From a virus (lineage: Duplodnaviria; Caudoviricetes), in the IMG/VR virus record IMGVR_UViG_3300037264_006254, positions 1 to 61,812 of that record: a stretch of 61,812 nucleotides of DNA. One strand, 5' to 3'. Below the pieces are notes generated by a model. The model had not been told where the DNA came from and searched no databases. It saw only the letters and a list, made by a program, of their open reading frames with translations. Numbering within the stretch: position 1 is the first letter of the stretch; every line of letters begins with the position of its first letter. A program made the translations under genes and the position numbers. Of this stretch, positions 1-15,437 are shown one piece after another.

Positions 1-103
1 CATCTCAGACGTCCGAAGCGTAGCTTCGACGGGGCGCCAGGCGTAGACCCGGCCACGAACCCACACATCAGTTCAACCCCGTGACCGGAAAGGTCAAATT
101 CAA

Positions 104-1813
104 ATGGATCGCAACAAGATCGCAAACCTCTCAGACCTTCGCACCGAGGTTCTCGAGGAGCTCGACACCGAGCTTCGCGAGGAGTTCGCTGAGAAGCGTA
201 CCGAAGAGCTCACCGTCGAAGGTGTGACTGAGCGCGTCGAGCTCGGCGAGGCCATCAAGGCCGTTGCCGAAGAGCTCGCCGACCGCAAGGCCGCCGAAGA
301 GGCCACGCCGGCCCCGTCTGAAGAGGACCTCGCTGCCGCTGCCGCTGCCGCCGATGCTCTCGTCGATGAGGCCACCCCAGCTGAGGCCGCTCCGGCCGAG
401 GCTGAGCTCGCCGTCGAAGAGGCTGCCCCGGTCGAGACTGCTCCGGAGGCTCCGGCCGCCGAGGACATCGTTCCAGAGGCTCTGGCCCCTGAGGCCGTCG
501 CTGCCGCCGCCGACATCACGCCGGCCTCGGTTGAGACTGACCTCGAGGTTGCCGCCGGACCGCTCACCGCGCCGGCCAGCATCACCGCGGGTGGAGACAT
601 CCCATCGGTGACCGCCGGTTCGCCACTGGCGGACATGAAGGCAGTCTCCAACGCCTTCGTCGCCCGTCGCAGTGCCTTCCGCGGCCTCTCCAAGGAAGGT
701 GATGGCGAGCAGGTCGTCGTCGCCTCCATCCGCGCCGACTACCCTGAGGAGCGCAAGCTTCACAGTGGCGAGCTCGAGCGGAACATGGAAAAGATCGAGG
801 ACGCAGCCGGATCGGACGCGCTTGTCGCTTCCGGTGGTCTGTGCGCCCCGCTCGAGCCGTACTACGGCATCCAGGTCATCAGCCAGGCCGCGCGCCCGGT
901 TCGGGATGCTCTTCCGAAGTTCGGCGCCGACCGCGGTGGTGTCCGGTTCCTTCCCCCGCCGGTTCTGAGCGACGTTAACGACGCCATCGGCGTCACCACG
1001 GCCGCCCAGGACGTCGGTCCGTATGGCGACACGGAGGGCGACACGCCCTTCAAGCCGTGTCTGCACGTCGTCTGTGGCGTAGAGGAAGAGGTCACGGTCT
1101 CGGCCATTCACCGTTGCCTGACCTTCGGTAACTTCGCCGCCCGTACCTACCCGGAGCAGGTCGAGGCGTGGCTCGCGCTCGCCATCGCTGCGCACGCACG
1201 TCGCGCAGAGACCCTGATCCTCGATGCCATCGATGCGGCAAGCATTCAGACCACCGCGGCTGCCAGCTACTCGGCCGTTCGGTCCCTGCTTCCGCAGATC
1301 GACCAGGCGGTCGCGGCCTACCGGTCGCGCAACCGCACGGCGGTTGGCCTCAAGCTTCGCATCCTCCTCCCAGAGTGGAGCAAGTCCCTCATCCGGGCGG
1401 ACTTGGCGCGCAGCTTCCAGGGCAACGACCTTGACCCGTTGGGTGTCTCCGACGCCCAGATCGGTGCCTGGTTCACCGCCCGCGACGTCGTCCCGTCGTT
1501 CTACCTCGACACCGCAACTGGTGCCGGTCAGGTGTTCGGCGCTCAAGGCGCGGGCGTGCTCACCGCATTCCCGTCAACCGTCGTCTGGTATCTCTTCGTT
1601 GAGGGAAGCTTCGTCTTCCTCGATGGTGGGACCCTGGACCTCGGACTCGTCCGCGACTCCACGCTCAACCGGACCAACGACTACCAAATCTTCGCGGAGA
1701 CCTTCGAGGCCGTCGCGTTCTTCGGTATCGAGTCCGTCAAGGTCACAAGCACGGTCTGCCCGAATGGCGTTCGCTCGCCTGAGGCGACCGGGGGCCCGAA
1801 GCCCTGCGCTTGA
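104..1813 (+). CDS. Major capsid (hexamer) protein with Ala/Glu-rich N-terminal scaffold-like region
   Basis: 569 aa; LVASGGLCAP..PYY and LDGGTLDLGLVRDSTLNRTNDYQIFAETFE motifs resemble cluster-B-type actinophage capsid hexamer proteins; GGAAAGG SD upstream. Confidence 0.85.
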   Translation: MDRNKIANLSDLRTEVLEELDTELREEFAEKRTEELTVEGVTERVELGEAIKAVAEELADRKAAEEATPAPSEEDLAAAAAAADALVDEATPAEAAPAEAELAVEEAAPVETAPEAPAAEDIVPEALAPEAVAAAADITPASVETDLEVAAGPLTAPASITAGGDIPSVTAGSPLADMKAVSNAFVARRSAFRGLSKEGDGEQVVVASIRADYPEERKLHSGELERNMEKIEDAAGSDALVASGGLCAPLEPYYGIQVISQAARPVRDALPKFGADRGGVRFLPPPVLSDVNDAIGVTTAAQDVGPYGDTEGDTPFKPCLHVVCGVEEEVTVSAIHRCLTFGNFAARTYPEQVEAWLALAIAAHARRAETLILDAIDAASIQTTAAASYSAVRSLLPQIDQAVAAYRSRNRTAVGLKLRILLPEWSKSLIRADLARSFQGNDLDPLGVSDAQIGAWFTARDVVPSFYLDTATGAGQVFGAQGAGVLTAFPSTVVWYLFVEGSFVFLDGGTLDLGLVRDSTLNRTNDYQIFAETFEAVAFFGIESVKVTSTVCPNGVRSPEATGGPKPCA

Positions 1814-1837
1814 TCCTTCATAACTAGATAACCCTGA

Positions 1838-1888
1838 GAGGGGGCGGTAGCTGGGATAGCCTGATTCCGGCTACCGCCCCCCTCTTTT
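1838..1888 (+). terminator. Intrinsic terminator after the capsid hexamer gene
   Basis: 18-bp stem GGGGGCGGTAGCTGGGAT / ATTCCGGCTACCGCCCCC (two G-U pairs), then CTCTTTT. Confidence 0.8.
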
Positions 1889-1910
1889 CGCTAGGAACCG
1901 AGATAAAAGC

Positions 1911-7190
<5,280 letters not shown>

Positions 7191-7191
<1 letters not shown>

Positions 7192-8294
7192 TGCGCCTCC
7201 ACCTCGTTGGACTGCCCTACAGCAAGACCACCACGGATTTTGTGACGTGCGCCTTCACCAACAAAGTGGTGTCATTCGCACGGATGATGATGGCCGCCGG
7301 ACACGAGGTCTACCTGTATGCGGCCGACGAGAATGATGCACCGTGCACCGAGCTAATCCCCATCCTCACCGACGAGGAACGGGTCGAATGGTTCGGAGAA
7401 TGGAACCTCGCCGCTCTCCCCGGCGCGTTCTCGTTCGATGCGAACTATGTCGGGTGGCGCACATTCAACGCCCGGGTCGTGGGCGCGATCGCCGAACGAG
7501 CGGAACCCCGCGATATCATCTGCCTGTCGATGGGGACGGCGCAACGATCGGTCGCTACCGCGAACCCATCCCTGCTCACCGTTGAGTATGGTGTCGGCTA
7601 TCCCGGCGTGTTCGCGCAGGCTCGTGCCTTTGAGTCGTACGCGTGGGCACATCATCTTGCCGCCAAGGAATGGGCTCAACCCACTGATGACGCGCGTTGG
7701 TTCGATGCGGTGATTCCCGGCGGATTCGACCCTGATCATTTCCACACCGACACAAAGGACGACTATCTCCTATTCGTCGGTCGTCTGATTTCTCGAAAGG
7801 GTCCTCACATCGCTGGCGAAATTGCCAAGCGAATGGGTCGTCGCCTGCTGCTTGCCGGTCCCGGTTGTAAGGCCCAAGGCCCCGGTTGGGTGGAAGCCGA
7901 GGACGGAACCCGCATCGAAGGCGATGTGGAACACATCGGTCCGCTCAACATCAAGGAACGTGCTGATGTTATGAGTCGCGCGACCACCCTCATCGTCCCA
8001 ACCATCTACCTCGAGCCCTTCGGTTGTGTGGCCGTAGAGGCCATGATGTGTGGCACACCGGCCGTCGCTAGCGATTGGGGCGCCTTTACTGAGACCGTCC
8101 AAACAGGTGTGTCGGGCTATCGATTCCGGACCCTCACTCAGGGAGTTCAAGCTGTTGAGCGGGCTGAAAAGCTTCATCCGGCTAAAATACGCGCCTATGC
8201 CATGGCTAACTACTCTCTAGAAACGGTGGGTGACCTGTATGATCAATGGCTCAACACCGTTTACACCCTTTACGGGCCGGGATGGTACGCCTGA
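7191..8294 (+). CDS. Glycosyltransferase, GT-B fold, GT4-like
   Basis: LLFVGRLISRKG and EPFGCVAVEAMMCGTP (EX7E) motifs; TGATG overlap with upstream gene. Confidence 0.9.
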
Positions 8295-8479
8295 TGGCTG
8301 CCTTCACGCTAAGAATTTCTACTCTCAGGGGCGGTGATATCCTTCGTTTCGGTGCTGTCCCACCTCCAAGCACTGACCCAGGCCCACTCTTGCCTCTCGG
8401 CACAAGGTTGCTTCAGATTCAAGGACTACATACCCGGCTAATTCAAGTTCAAGGGCCACGTACCACGAGGTTCGTCTAA
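8294..8479 (+). CDS. Hypothetical protein
   Basis: TGATG and TAATG overlaps at both ends. Confidence 0.5.
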   Translation: MAAFTLRISTLRGGDILRFGAVPPPSTDPGPLLPLGTRLLQIQGLHTRLIQVQGPRTTRFV

Positions 8480-9621
8480 TGGCAATTCCCGTCAAGGTCA
8501 ATCATAATGCACTCGCACCCCCCTACTCTGTTCAACTCTTGGACGGTTGGGGCAATCCACTTGACTTGACCGGTGCCACCTCCGTCACATTCGAGCTCGC
8601 TGAGCCTGATGGTGATCTAAAGGCCAGTGCCCCAGCCACAATCGTTGACGCCACGAACGGCATCGTAAAGCACCTCTGGGCCGTCGGTGACACAGACACC
8701 CTGGGTCTCTACTTCGCTCGCTGGATCGTTGTCACGATCGCTGATGGGCCGCTAAGCTATCCCAGTGAGGTCGGCGACCTCGTTGAGGTCGTGGCCGGCC
8801 CGACTCATAACTTCATCCAGGGACCTTGCTCCCTTTGGACGACGGTCGCGAACGTACGAGACTGCTGCTCCGTCGCCGCGTCGACGGGTATCTCTGACGA
8901 CACGATTCTCACCTACATCGACCACGCCAGCGACCTGCTCTACACACTTTCCGGGCGTCAATTCGCGGGCTCTTGTCAAGAGACCGTTCGGCCGTGCGCC
9001 AAGAACGTCTGTGGCAATCCCGGCTTCTTCTCGGGTTGGGGCGCCGGCATCTCCCAGATTCCCTACGTCTCTGACCCAAGCGCCTACCCACCACCTGAGT
9101 GCGGTTGTGGTCGAATGCGCAAGGTTGACCTTGGCTTCTGGCCGATTCTTGCGGTCAATGAGGTGAAGATCAACGGCGTCGTCATCGATCCCGACACATA
9201 TCGAGTGGATGAGAATCGCTATCTCGTCAGTCTCGCTGGGCCCGCTCCCGACTATGAACAGGACGGCTGGCCGCGCTGCCAGTATCTCGATCGCCCAGAC
9301 ACTGAGGATGGAACCTGGAGCGTCAACGTAACGTACGGCATTGAGCCACCGCCAGCTGGTGTCGCGGCCGCAACTACACTCGCGTGTGAACTGCTGAAGG
9401 CCTGCTATGGGGGAGAATGCAATCTTCCGGGACGCGTAACAAGTGTCAATCGGCAGGGCATTTCCATGACAATGATTGATCCCTCGGCCATCAAAAATGG
9501 GCAAATTGGACTGTACGATGTGGACCTGTTCATTCAGACCTACAACCCGAAAAATACACGCAGCCGAACCCTCGTTTGGTCGCCCGATCTAGACATCGGC
9601 TCTTGGCGAGCCGGCACATAA
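8479..9621 (+). CDS. Head-to-tail adaptor with N-terminal BppU-like domain
   Basis: N-terminal DLTGATSVTF...DATNG.V...W..GDT domain; C-terminal AS..LY.LSGRQF.G.C..TVRPC, LACEL.KAC and VTSV.RQGIS motifs of actinophage adaptors. Confidence 0.7.
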   Translation: MAIPVKVNHNALAPPYSVQLLDGWGNPLDLTGATSVTFELAEPDGDLKASAPATIVDATNGIVKHLWAVGDTDTLGLYFARWIVVTIADGPLSYPSEVGDLVEVVAGPTHNFIQGPCSLWTTVANVRDCCSVAASTGISDDTILTYIDHASDLLYTLSGRQFAGSCQETVRPCAKNVCGNPGFFSGWGAGISQIPYVSDPSAYPPPECGCGRMRKVDLGFWPILAVNEVKINGVVIDPDTYRVDENRYLVSLAGPAPDYEQDGWPRCQYLDRPDTEDGTWSVNVTYGIEPPPAGVAAATTLACELLKACYGGECNLPGRVTSVNRQGISMTMIDPSAIKNGQIGLYDVDLFIQTYNPKNTRSRTLVWSPDLDIGSWRAGT

Positions 9622-9673
9622 CTCATCAAGCGCGAGAGCTGATTCTCGCAAAAACAGAAGGTAAGGTTCTCCC

Positions 9674-10348
9674 ATGGCTCAGGACGGCTGCTTCCAGTCA
9701 TTCTTCGTTTGCGCAATGCGTGTCACTCGTCTTTCGAGTACTGGCGCGCCATTGACCGGTGTAAATGACGGCTATCTTGCCAAGGCTCCGGTCATGGTGA
9801 CGGTTACGCCTGATCGTGAAACGGGTGTCGAGCTCACCGCCCAAAACGGTTGCGGTGCCCTCTGCGCTTATTACAAGCAGCAGGACCAGCTGAAGAAGTA
9901 CGACATCAACTTCGAGCTCTGCGACCTCGATAACGAACTGATTGAGATTCTCACGGAAGAGTCACTCATCACGGTGGTTGGTGAAACGGTCGGTCGCGAG
10001 TTCCGTCGAGTTGGCGCCTGCCAGACTACTCAGACCGTCGGTGTCGCTCTCGAATTCTGGTCGAACCGCTGGGACAGCTGCGCGCCGCCGACTGGCGCCG
10101 CCGGTGCAAGCCCATACTGGCACTGGTTCTTCCCACGCGCTTACCTACAGGTCGGTGAGACCACCATGGAGAATGACTTCATGAAGGTTCCGATCGAGGG
10201 TTACCTGCAGGAAAACCCGAACTTCGATGCGGGTGTGTGGACGGAAAACCCATTCCCGGCCGCGGCCGCGCCTCTGCTCTCTATGGGAGCCGTCATAGAG
10301 GACTCAAGCATTCCGACCGCCGCCTGCGGTTACACGCAGCCAACCTGA
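9674..10348 (+). CDS. Major tail (tube) protein
   Basis: MRVTRL, NGCG..C, ALEFWS and YWHWFFP motifs of cluster-B-type tail tube proteins; position. Confidence 0.75.
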   Translation: MAQDGCFQSFFVCAMRVTRLSSTGAPLTGVNDGYLAKAPVMVTVTPDRETGVELTAQNGCGALCAYYKQQDQLKKYDINFELCDLDNELIEILTEESLITVVGETVGREFRRVGACQTTQTVGVALEFWSNRWDSCAPPTGAAGASPYWHWFFPRAYLQVGETTMENDFMKVPIEGYLQENPNFDAGVWTENPFPAAAAPLLSMGAVIEDSSIPTAACGYTQPT

Positions 10349-10358
10349 GTCTAAGCCC

Positions 10359-10763
10359 GTGATTACCGGGCTAGATGATTGGACGCGAGACCTGGCGAAA
10401 CACATCGTTGCTGATGCGTCGGATCAGGTCATGAAGGACATGCGTTCGAAGGCACCAGTCAAGACCGGTGAGCTTCTTACATCGGGCTACGGCCCGATAT
10501 TGGATGTCGGTGGTAATGACGGCATCTACGCAGCAAAAGTTGGCTTCGATGCGCCTCAAGCTGATTACACAGACTTGGGCACTCAACCGCACCTAATTGT
10601 GCCATCAACTCAGCGACGTCTACGATTCTTTTGGCCAGGAGGCCCAGAGGGACCGGGCTACTACTCCTTCAGTCACGTCAACCATCCAGGATACGATCCT
10701 CCGGGGCACTGGTTCTCAGACATCGTGGACCGGTGGGAAGACTACGTTCAGAGTGTCGTCTAA
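10359..10763 (+). CDS. HK97 gp10-like neck/tail-completion protein
   Basis: APVKTGEL..S, GTQPHLI.P and VNHPG motifs. Confidence 0.7.
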   Translation: MITGLDDWTRDLAKHIVADASDQVMKDMRSKAPVKTGELLTSGYGPILDVGGNDGIYAAKVGFDAPQADYTDLGTQPHLIVPSTQRRLRFFWPGGPEGPGYYSFSHVNHPGYDPPGHWFSDIVDRWEDYVQSVV

Positions 10764-11266
10764 TGCCAATCACAACGCCAATCACAACGCTCTACCAACC
10801 ACTAGCTGATTTGCTGGCGGACGTGGTGGCGGACCTTACCGACAATGGGCAATACCTTCCTGACCGACAATATGTCTCTCATAACGCACCGGCCTGGGAC
10901 TGTGAGCTACTCACGACCCACTGGGAACGCGTCGCGTTGCAAGATCGTGCTGATGCTCCGGGCTCGCATCGCGCGCGCGTCGCCGGCACACGCCAAGAGA
11001 TTGCGTGCATCATCACATACATCATCTGCGTGCCCACGGGTGACGACGCCAACCCACTTCCCGATACGGCACTGCTGAATGACTCTGCGGAGACGATCGT
11101 CAACGCCGGCTGGGTGACCTATCAAGGTCTAACATGTCGGTTCTTCAACAAAACACTTTTGACCGACCAGCGTTTTCGTATCACGCACTTTGGGCAGTTG
11201 CAGCCGCTGGGGCCGCAGGGCGGCATGGGCGGTTGGCGACTTCAACTCACAGTGGAACTTTCGTGA
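10763..11266 (+). CDS. Putative tail terminator
   Basis: TAATG overlap; PAWDCE and PLGPQGGMGGW motifs; position. Confidence 0.55.
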   Translation: MPITTPITTLYQPLADLLADVVADLTDNGQYLPDRQYVSHNAPAWDCELLTTHWERVALQDRADAPGSHRARVAGTRQEIACIITYIICVPTGDDANPLPDTALLNDSAETIVNAGWVTYQGLTCRFFNKTLLTDQRFRITHFGQLQPLGPQGGMGGWRLQLTVELS

Positions 11267-11409
11267 CATGGATTCGCATTCGACCGCGAGTCAACTGGCA
11301 TCACGGTCTCTACCAGATCGGCGAGTGCTACGATATCGAGGAGACGGAAGAGGTCTTGGCTTGCATTCGCAGCGGACTCTTGGAACACATTCCGTATACA
11401 TCCAAATGA
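11263..11409 (+). CDS. Small hypothetical protein
   Basis: GTGA overlap with upstream stop; 48 aa. Confidence 0.4.
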   Translation: MTWIRIRPRVNWHHGLYQIGECYDIEETEEVLACIRSGLLEHIPYTSK

Positions 11410-11457
11410 CGAGGCACCCTGCCTGGTACGATCCCATGAAGCAACGAGGGGACTCAC

Positions 11458-11811
11458 ATGTCAAATCAGGACTACGAGCTGAAGACAGACGGCACGGCCG
11501 TCTTCCACTTCGACGACATCACACGGACTCTGAAGCGACCGACGCTTCGGGAGTACCGGGAGCTGGTCGAGTCGTTGGGCAACCTACGAGACGAGCTGAT
11601 CGAGGCTTCGGGAGGAGACACCGAGGTCAACGTTCCAGTGAAGCTGCAGTTCGACAAGCTGCTCGGCTGGCTAGACGAGGTCTGTCAGACTTTGAGCGGC
11701 GAACCGCTCCCGGACGAGGACTCACTTCCGCCGTGGGTGTTGTCGCCTCAGATCGCCGGCGACCTAGTAACACACTGGTCCACGATCCCTTCTCACCGTG
11801 GCGGCCGCTGA
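11458..11811 (+). CDS. Tail assembly chaperone (G-like)
   Basis: Acidic 117-aa ORF with GAGGGG SD, upstream of the tape measure gene. Confidence 0.65.
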   Translation: MSNQDYELKTDGTAVFHFDDITRTLKRPTLREYRELVESLGNLRDELIEASGGDTEVNVPVKLQFDKLLGWLDEVCQTLSGEPLPDEDSLPPWVLSPQIAGDLVTHWSTIPSHRGGR

Positions 11812-12146
11812 GCCCAGGCGAAACCGCCCCTGAGTCTGCGGGCACAAGCACGGCGGCTCAGAGCCCCCTTCACGGGACCATATTGGGACGATGTGGTGAA
11901 CTCTATCGCGCTCTCCTAAAGGGCGGTATCGATCCCGTCGTAGCGGACCTTCTTGAGCTATGGCAAATTGCTGAACTGTTTCATAACCCTGAGACGTCAC
12001 CGAAGGACAAGTCGGACGACCTTCTTCGCGCGCGAGCTCATGCCGGTGTCGCTGCCGGGGATAACGCCGCAGAGGACTTTGTCCCAGAGATTCCGAATGT
12101 AAGCCAGCAGCAGGTTGACGGATTGATGGCGGCGTTCAATGGCTAA
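11780..12146 (+). CDS. Tail assembly chaperone extension (T-like), open in the -1 frame
   Basis: -1 frame is open across the end of the G ORF to 12146 (..ADLLELWQIAELF..); no obvious own start; start coordinate approximate. Confidence 0.5.
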
Positions 12147-12167
12147 GAAGAAGGAGGTGATCTAGCA

Positions 12168-15100
12168 ATGGCCGAGGCCGTACTTGAGCTAGATATTTCT
12201 CCGGCGCTTAGCGCTATCGACGATATTGATGAGGCATTTAGTCGAATCACAGCTGACCTTCAGTCGAACCTTGACGACGCGTTCTCAGGACTAAGTGTCG
12301 ACCTGCCCGACGTTGCAAGCACGACGAGTGACATCGGGCAACTCAACAGCGCGCTTGATCAGACGTCCTCCGCTACAGGTCGAGCATCCTCGAATATGGC
12401 CAACTTCGGTTCTTCTACCGGAATTGTTGAGAGTGCTGTTTCACGTCTTGGTGGCGTTCTACGTGGAGGCATCACGGCAGTTGCTGGCTTCACCGCTGGA
12501 TTTGTCGGCATCGCGCTGACCAAGGGAATTCAACGCCTCACGACCATTGAGGATTCGGTTGCCGCCTTGACCATCTCCCTCGGCTCCGCTGCCCAAGCTG
12601 GGCAGTTCGTTAACGATATCCTCGCGGTGGTGAAAGGAACGCCATTCAACCTCGATCAATTCGTTGAGGCCGGTAAGAATCTTGTCGCATTCAACATCGA
12701 TGCCGCGAAAGTTCCGACTGTTATGCGGGCTATCGGTGAGGCGGCGTCGGCGTCTGGTCGCGGCGCTGAAGCGGTTGATCAGTTGACCTACGCTCTCGGA
12801 AAAATGGCCTCACAGGGTCGCGTCGGGCTAGATGAGATCTACACCCTTCAGGCCAGCGGTGTCCAAGCGCTTGAGATTCTTGCTGATGGTTTCGGTGTGA
12901 CAACTGAAGAGATTCGCAAGATGATCTCAGATGGTGCCATCCCGGCCGATGAGGCCATTGACATACTGTCCGACGGTATTCTCCACGGTACGGCTAACGT
13001 TCGAAGCCTTGGTGGGTCGATGGAAGCTCTCCGCAAGACCCTCTCCGGATCGTTCGGTGGTATGCAGGCAGCTATGGCGCGATTCGGTGCGGCTATCGTA
13101 GGTCCGTTCATGGGCCCGTTGACGGCCGCCTTCCGAGGTATCACAGACCTCATCGACACGTTCAACCCCAAGATCACAGAGTTCTTCACGAAGATCGCCA
13201 ATTCAGCCGTGACGCAGAAGTTCACTGCCTTTTTCACAGACTTGCCCACTCGCATCCAGCCGGTGCTCGATCTCTTCAAGAAGCTTGGCCCTGCTATCGG
13301 ACCGATCGTTGGGCTGATTGCCTCCATTGCCTCCATGCAACTCAAGAGTGCACTCGGGCCGCTCGCATTTCTCGTCCCGGGCATCGGCCCACTCGTCGCG
13401 ATCTTCGCCGGCCTTGCCGCGACCTCACCGGAACTTCGAGGTGCCCTTGCTGATTTGGGTGCGACTCTTCTTCCGCTTCTCAAGGATCTTGTAGGCGGTT
13501 TCCTCCCCGCGCTCGCGAAGGTGGCGGGGTGGCTCGGCACGGCGGCAGCGGCGGTCGTCAATTTCATCAACAACGGCATCAAGGGGCTCGTCCCCGCTCT
13601 CTCAGACTCGTCAAGTTGGTTCGGTCGAGTAGCGACGATTATCAAGGATGACGTCATCGGCGCATTTGACGCGGTGGTTGACTTCGTGCAGGCGGTATTC
13701 GTTCCCATTTGGGACAAGATCAAGGAGGTCGTAAGCAATGCCACCGAGGCGGTAGGCGGGGTGCTAGAGAGCTTTGGCATCGACACTGAGACCCTTGCCG
13801 CGAGCCTCATTGAGGTCGCAGGTGCGACCGGCGTAGCGCTGGTTGGCTTCCAACTTCTCAGCCCAGTTATCGGGGCCATCACCGGAATATTCGAGGGGTT
13901 GAGTGCGGTCTTTGGCCTTATCGCGGCCAACCCGGTCGTTGCGATCATCGCCGGTCTTGCCATTGCATTTTTTCTCGCCTATCAAAACATCGAACCCTTT
14001 CGCGAGGCTGTTGATGGTCTCGTTGACACGCTTGTCAATGTGTTTGCACCAGTTTGGGAGGAAACCGTCCTACCCGCCATGCGGGCGGCCTGGCAGTGGA
14101 TTCAAGACAATCTCATTCCGATTCTGAAAGAAATCCCTGCTGTCGTTGGAGACATCGTTGATGATCTTCAGGAGAAGTGGGAGATCTTGAAGGGCATCTT
14201 TAGCGGAGACCTTGAGCTGAAGGTTGGTGAGGGCGGTGGGGCGCTACAGGCTATTGGCGACAGCTTTGACGTGGTAGCTGAGGCCGGTCGCGCATTGGGT
14301 AGAGGTGTGGAACTTGTGACAAAGGCCCTGGGGCCCCTTTTCGAGAAGGTAGGTAGTCAAATCGCACCGATTATGGCGCGCCTTGGTGAGAAGTTCGATG
14401 AGATAGCCCCAAAGCTCGTCAAGATCGAAAAGGTTATGATCAAGGTCGTCGATCAGGCTCTTCTTCCATTCAAGATTGGCCTCGCCGCAATCGCCTCATC
14501 AGGTGAGCTTGTCACGACCGTCTTGAATTCTCTTTCCTTCGTCATAATTGGTGTCATTGATGTCATCATCGGCGCCATAAGCCTTCTTATTGATGTGCTT
14601 ACCGGCGATTGGGCCGCGGCCTGGGACGATGTGAAGCAGATCGTCGAGGGCGTGTGGAATGTCATCAGAGGTATCATTGATCTTGCGCTTGGCCTAATCC
14701 TTATTGCCATCCGCGGAGTACTCGCGGTGATAAGCGCGCTTTGGGGAGCTGCCTGGGACGCCATCGGCGGTGTCATTACAGGAATCTGGAACACGATCAC
14801 AAGCGTCATCACGGGAGCTATGAATGGAATCTGGAGCGTGATCACTGGTGTCATAGGCATGATCATGGCGATATGGAGCGCTGGCTGGAACACACTCACG
14901 TCAGTTGTCAGCGGGGCCTGGAACACGGTGACCTCTGTCGTTAGCGGCGCCATTAGCGGCTTGTGGACCATTGTCACAAGCGGTATCAACAACATCATCA
15001 GCTTCTTTGGTGGAGTCGGCGAAAGTATCGGTAGCGCACTTGGCGATCTTGCCTCCATTATCGCCGCACCCTTCAAAGCTGCGTGGAACTGGATCGCAGA

Positions 15101-15437
15101 AAAGTGGAATAGTATCGCGTTGCCAAAGATTCACGTTCCTGGCACGGACATCGATATTGGTGGCGGCGGCCTTCCGAAGCTGCCTATAATATTGCACCAA
15201 GGGGGTATCGTTCCGGGCCCAATTGGTAAGGAAGTGCTTGCACTGTTGCAAGCTGGTGAACGCGTCGTTCCCATCGGCGATGCCGGTACGACATCAACCA
15301 GCAACATCTATCAAATCCAGATGCCTGTGACAATTCAAGCCTATGACGGCATGGACAAGAACGATGCTGATGAGCTAGGTGCGGCCGCGGGGGCCGCCGG
15401 CGCTCGTGAGATTCGCGCTGTGATCGGAGCTCTCTAA
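12168..15437 (+). CDS. Tape measure protein
   Basis: 1089 aa; TPFNLDQ..A tape-measure domain, Trp-spaced repeats, C-terminal HQGGIVPG...LLQAGERV; AAGGAGG SD. Confidence 0.93.
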   Translation: MAEAVLELDISPALSAIDDIDEAFSRITADLQSNLDDAFSGLSVDLPDVASTTSDIGQLNSALDQTSSATGRASSNMANFGSSTGIVESAVSRLGGVLRGGITAVAGFTAGFVGIALTKGIQRLTTIEDSVAALTISLGSAAQAGQFVNDILAVVKGTPFNLDQFVEAGKNLVAFNIDAAKVPTVMRAIGEAASASGRGAEAVDQLTYALGKMASQGRVGLDEIYTLQASGVQALEILADGFGVTTEEIRKMISDGAIPADEAIDILSDGILHGTANVRSLGGSMEALRKTLSGSFGGMQAAMARFGAAIVGPFMGPLTAAFRGITDLIDTFNPKITEFFTKIANSAVTQKFTAFFTDLPTRIQPVLDLFKKLGPAIGPIVGLIASIASMQLKSALGPLAFLVPGIGPLVAIFAGLAATSPELRGALADLGATLLPLLKDLVGGFLPALAKVAGWLGTAAAAVVNFINNGIKGLVPALSDSSSWFGRVATIIKDDVIGAFDAVVDFVQAVFVPIWDKIKEVVSNATEAVGGVLESFGIDTETLAASLIEVAGATGVALVGFQLLSPVIGAITGIFEGLSAVFGLIAANPVVAIIAGLAIAFFLAYQNIEPFREAVDGLVDTLVNVFAPVWEETVLPAMRAAWQWIQDNLIPILKEIPAVVGDIVDDLQEKWEILKGIFSGDLELKVGEGGGALQAIGDSFDVVAEAGRALGRGVELVTKALGPLFEKVGSQIAPIMARLGEKFDEIAPKLVKIEKVMIKVVDQALLPFKIGLAAIASSGELVTTVLNSLSFVIIGVIDVIIGAISLLIDVLTGDWAAAWDDVKQIVEGVWNVIRGIIDLALGLILIAIRGVLAVISALWGAAWDAIGGVITGIWNTITSVITGAMNGIWSVITGVIGMIMAIWSAGWNTLTSVVSGAWNTVTSVVSGAISGLWTIVTSGINNIISFFGGVGESIGSALGDLASIIAAPFKAAWNWIAEKWNSIALPKIHVPGTDIDIGGGGLPKLPIILHQGGIVPGPIGKEVLALLQAGERVVPIGDAGTTSTSNIYQIQMPVTIQAYDGMDKNDADELGAAAGAAGAREIRAVIGAL

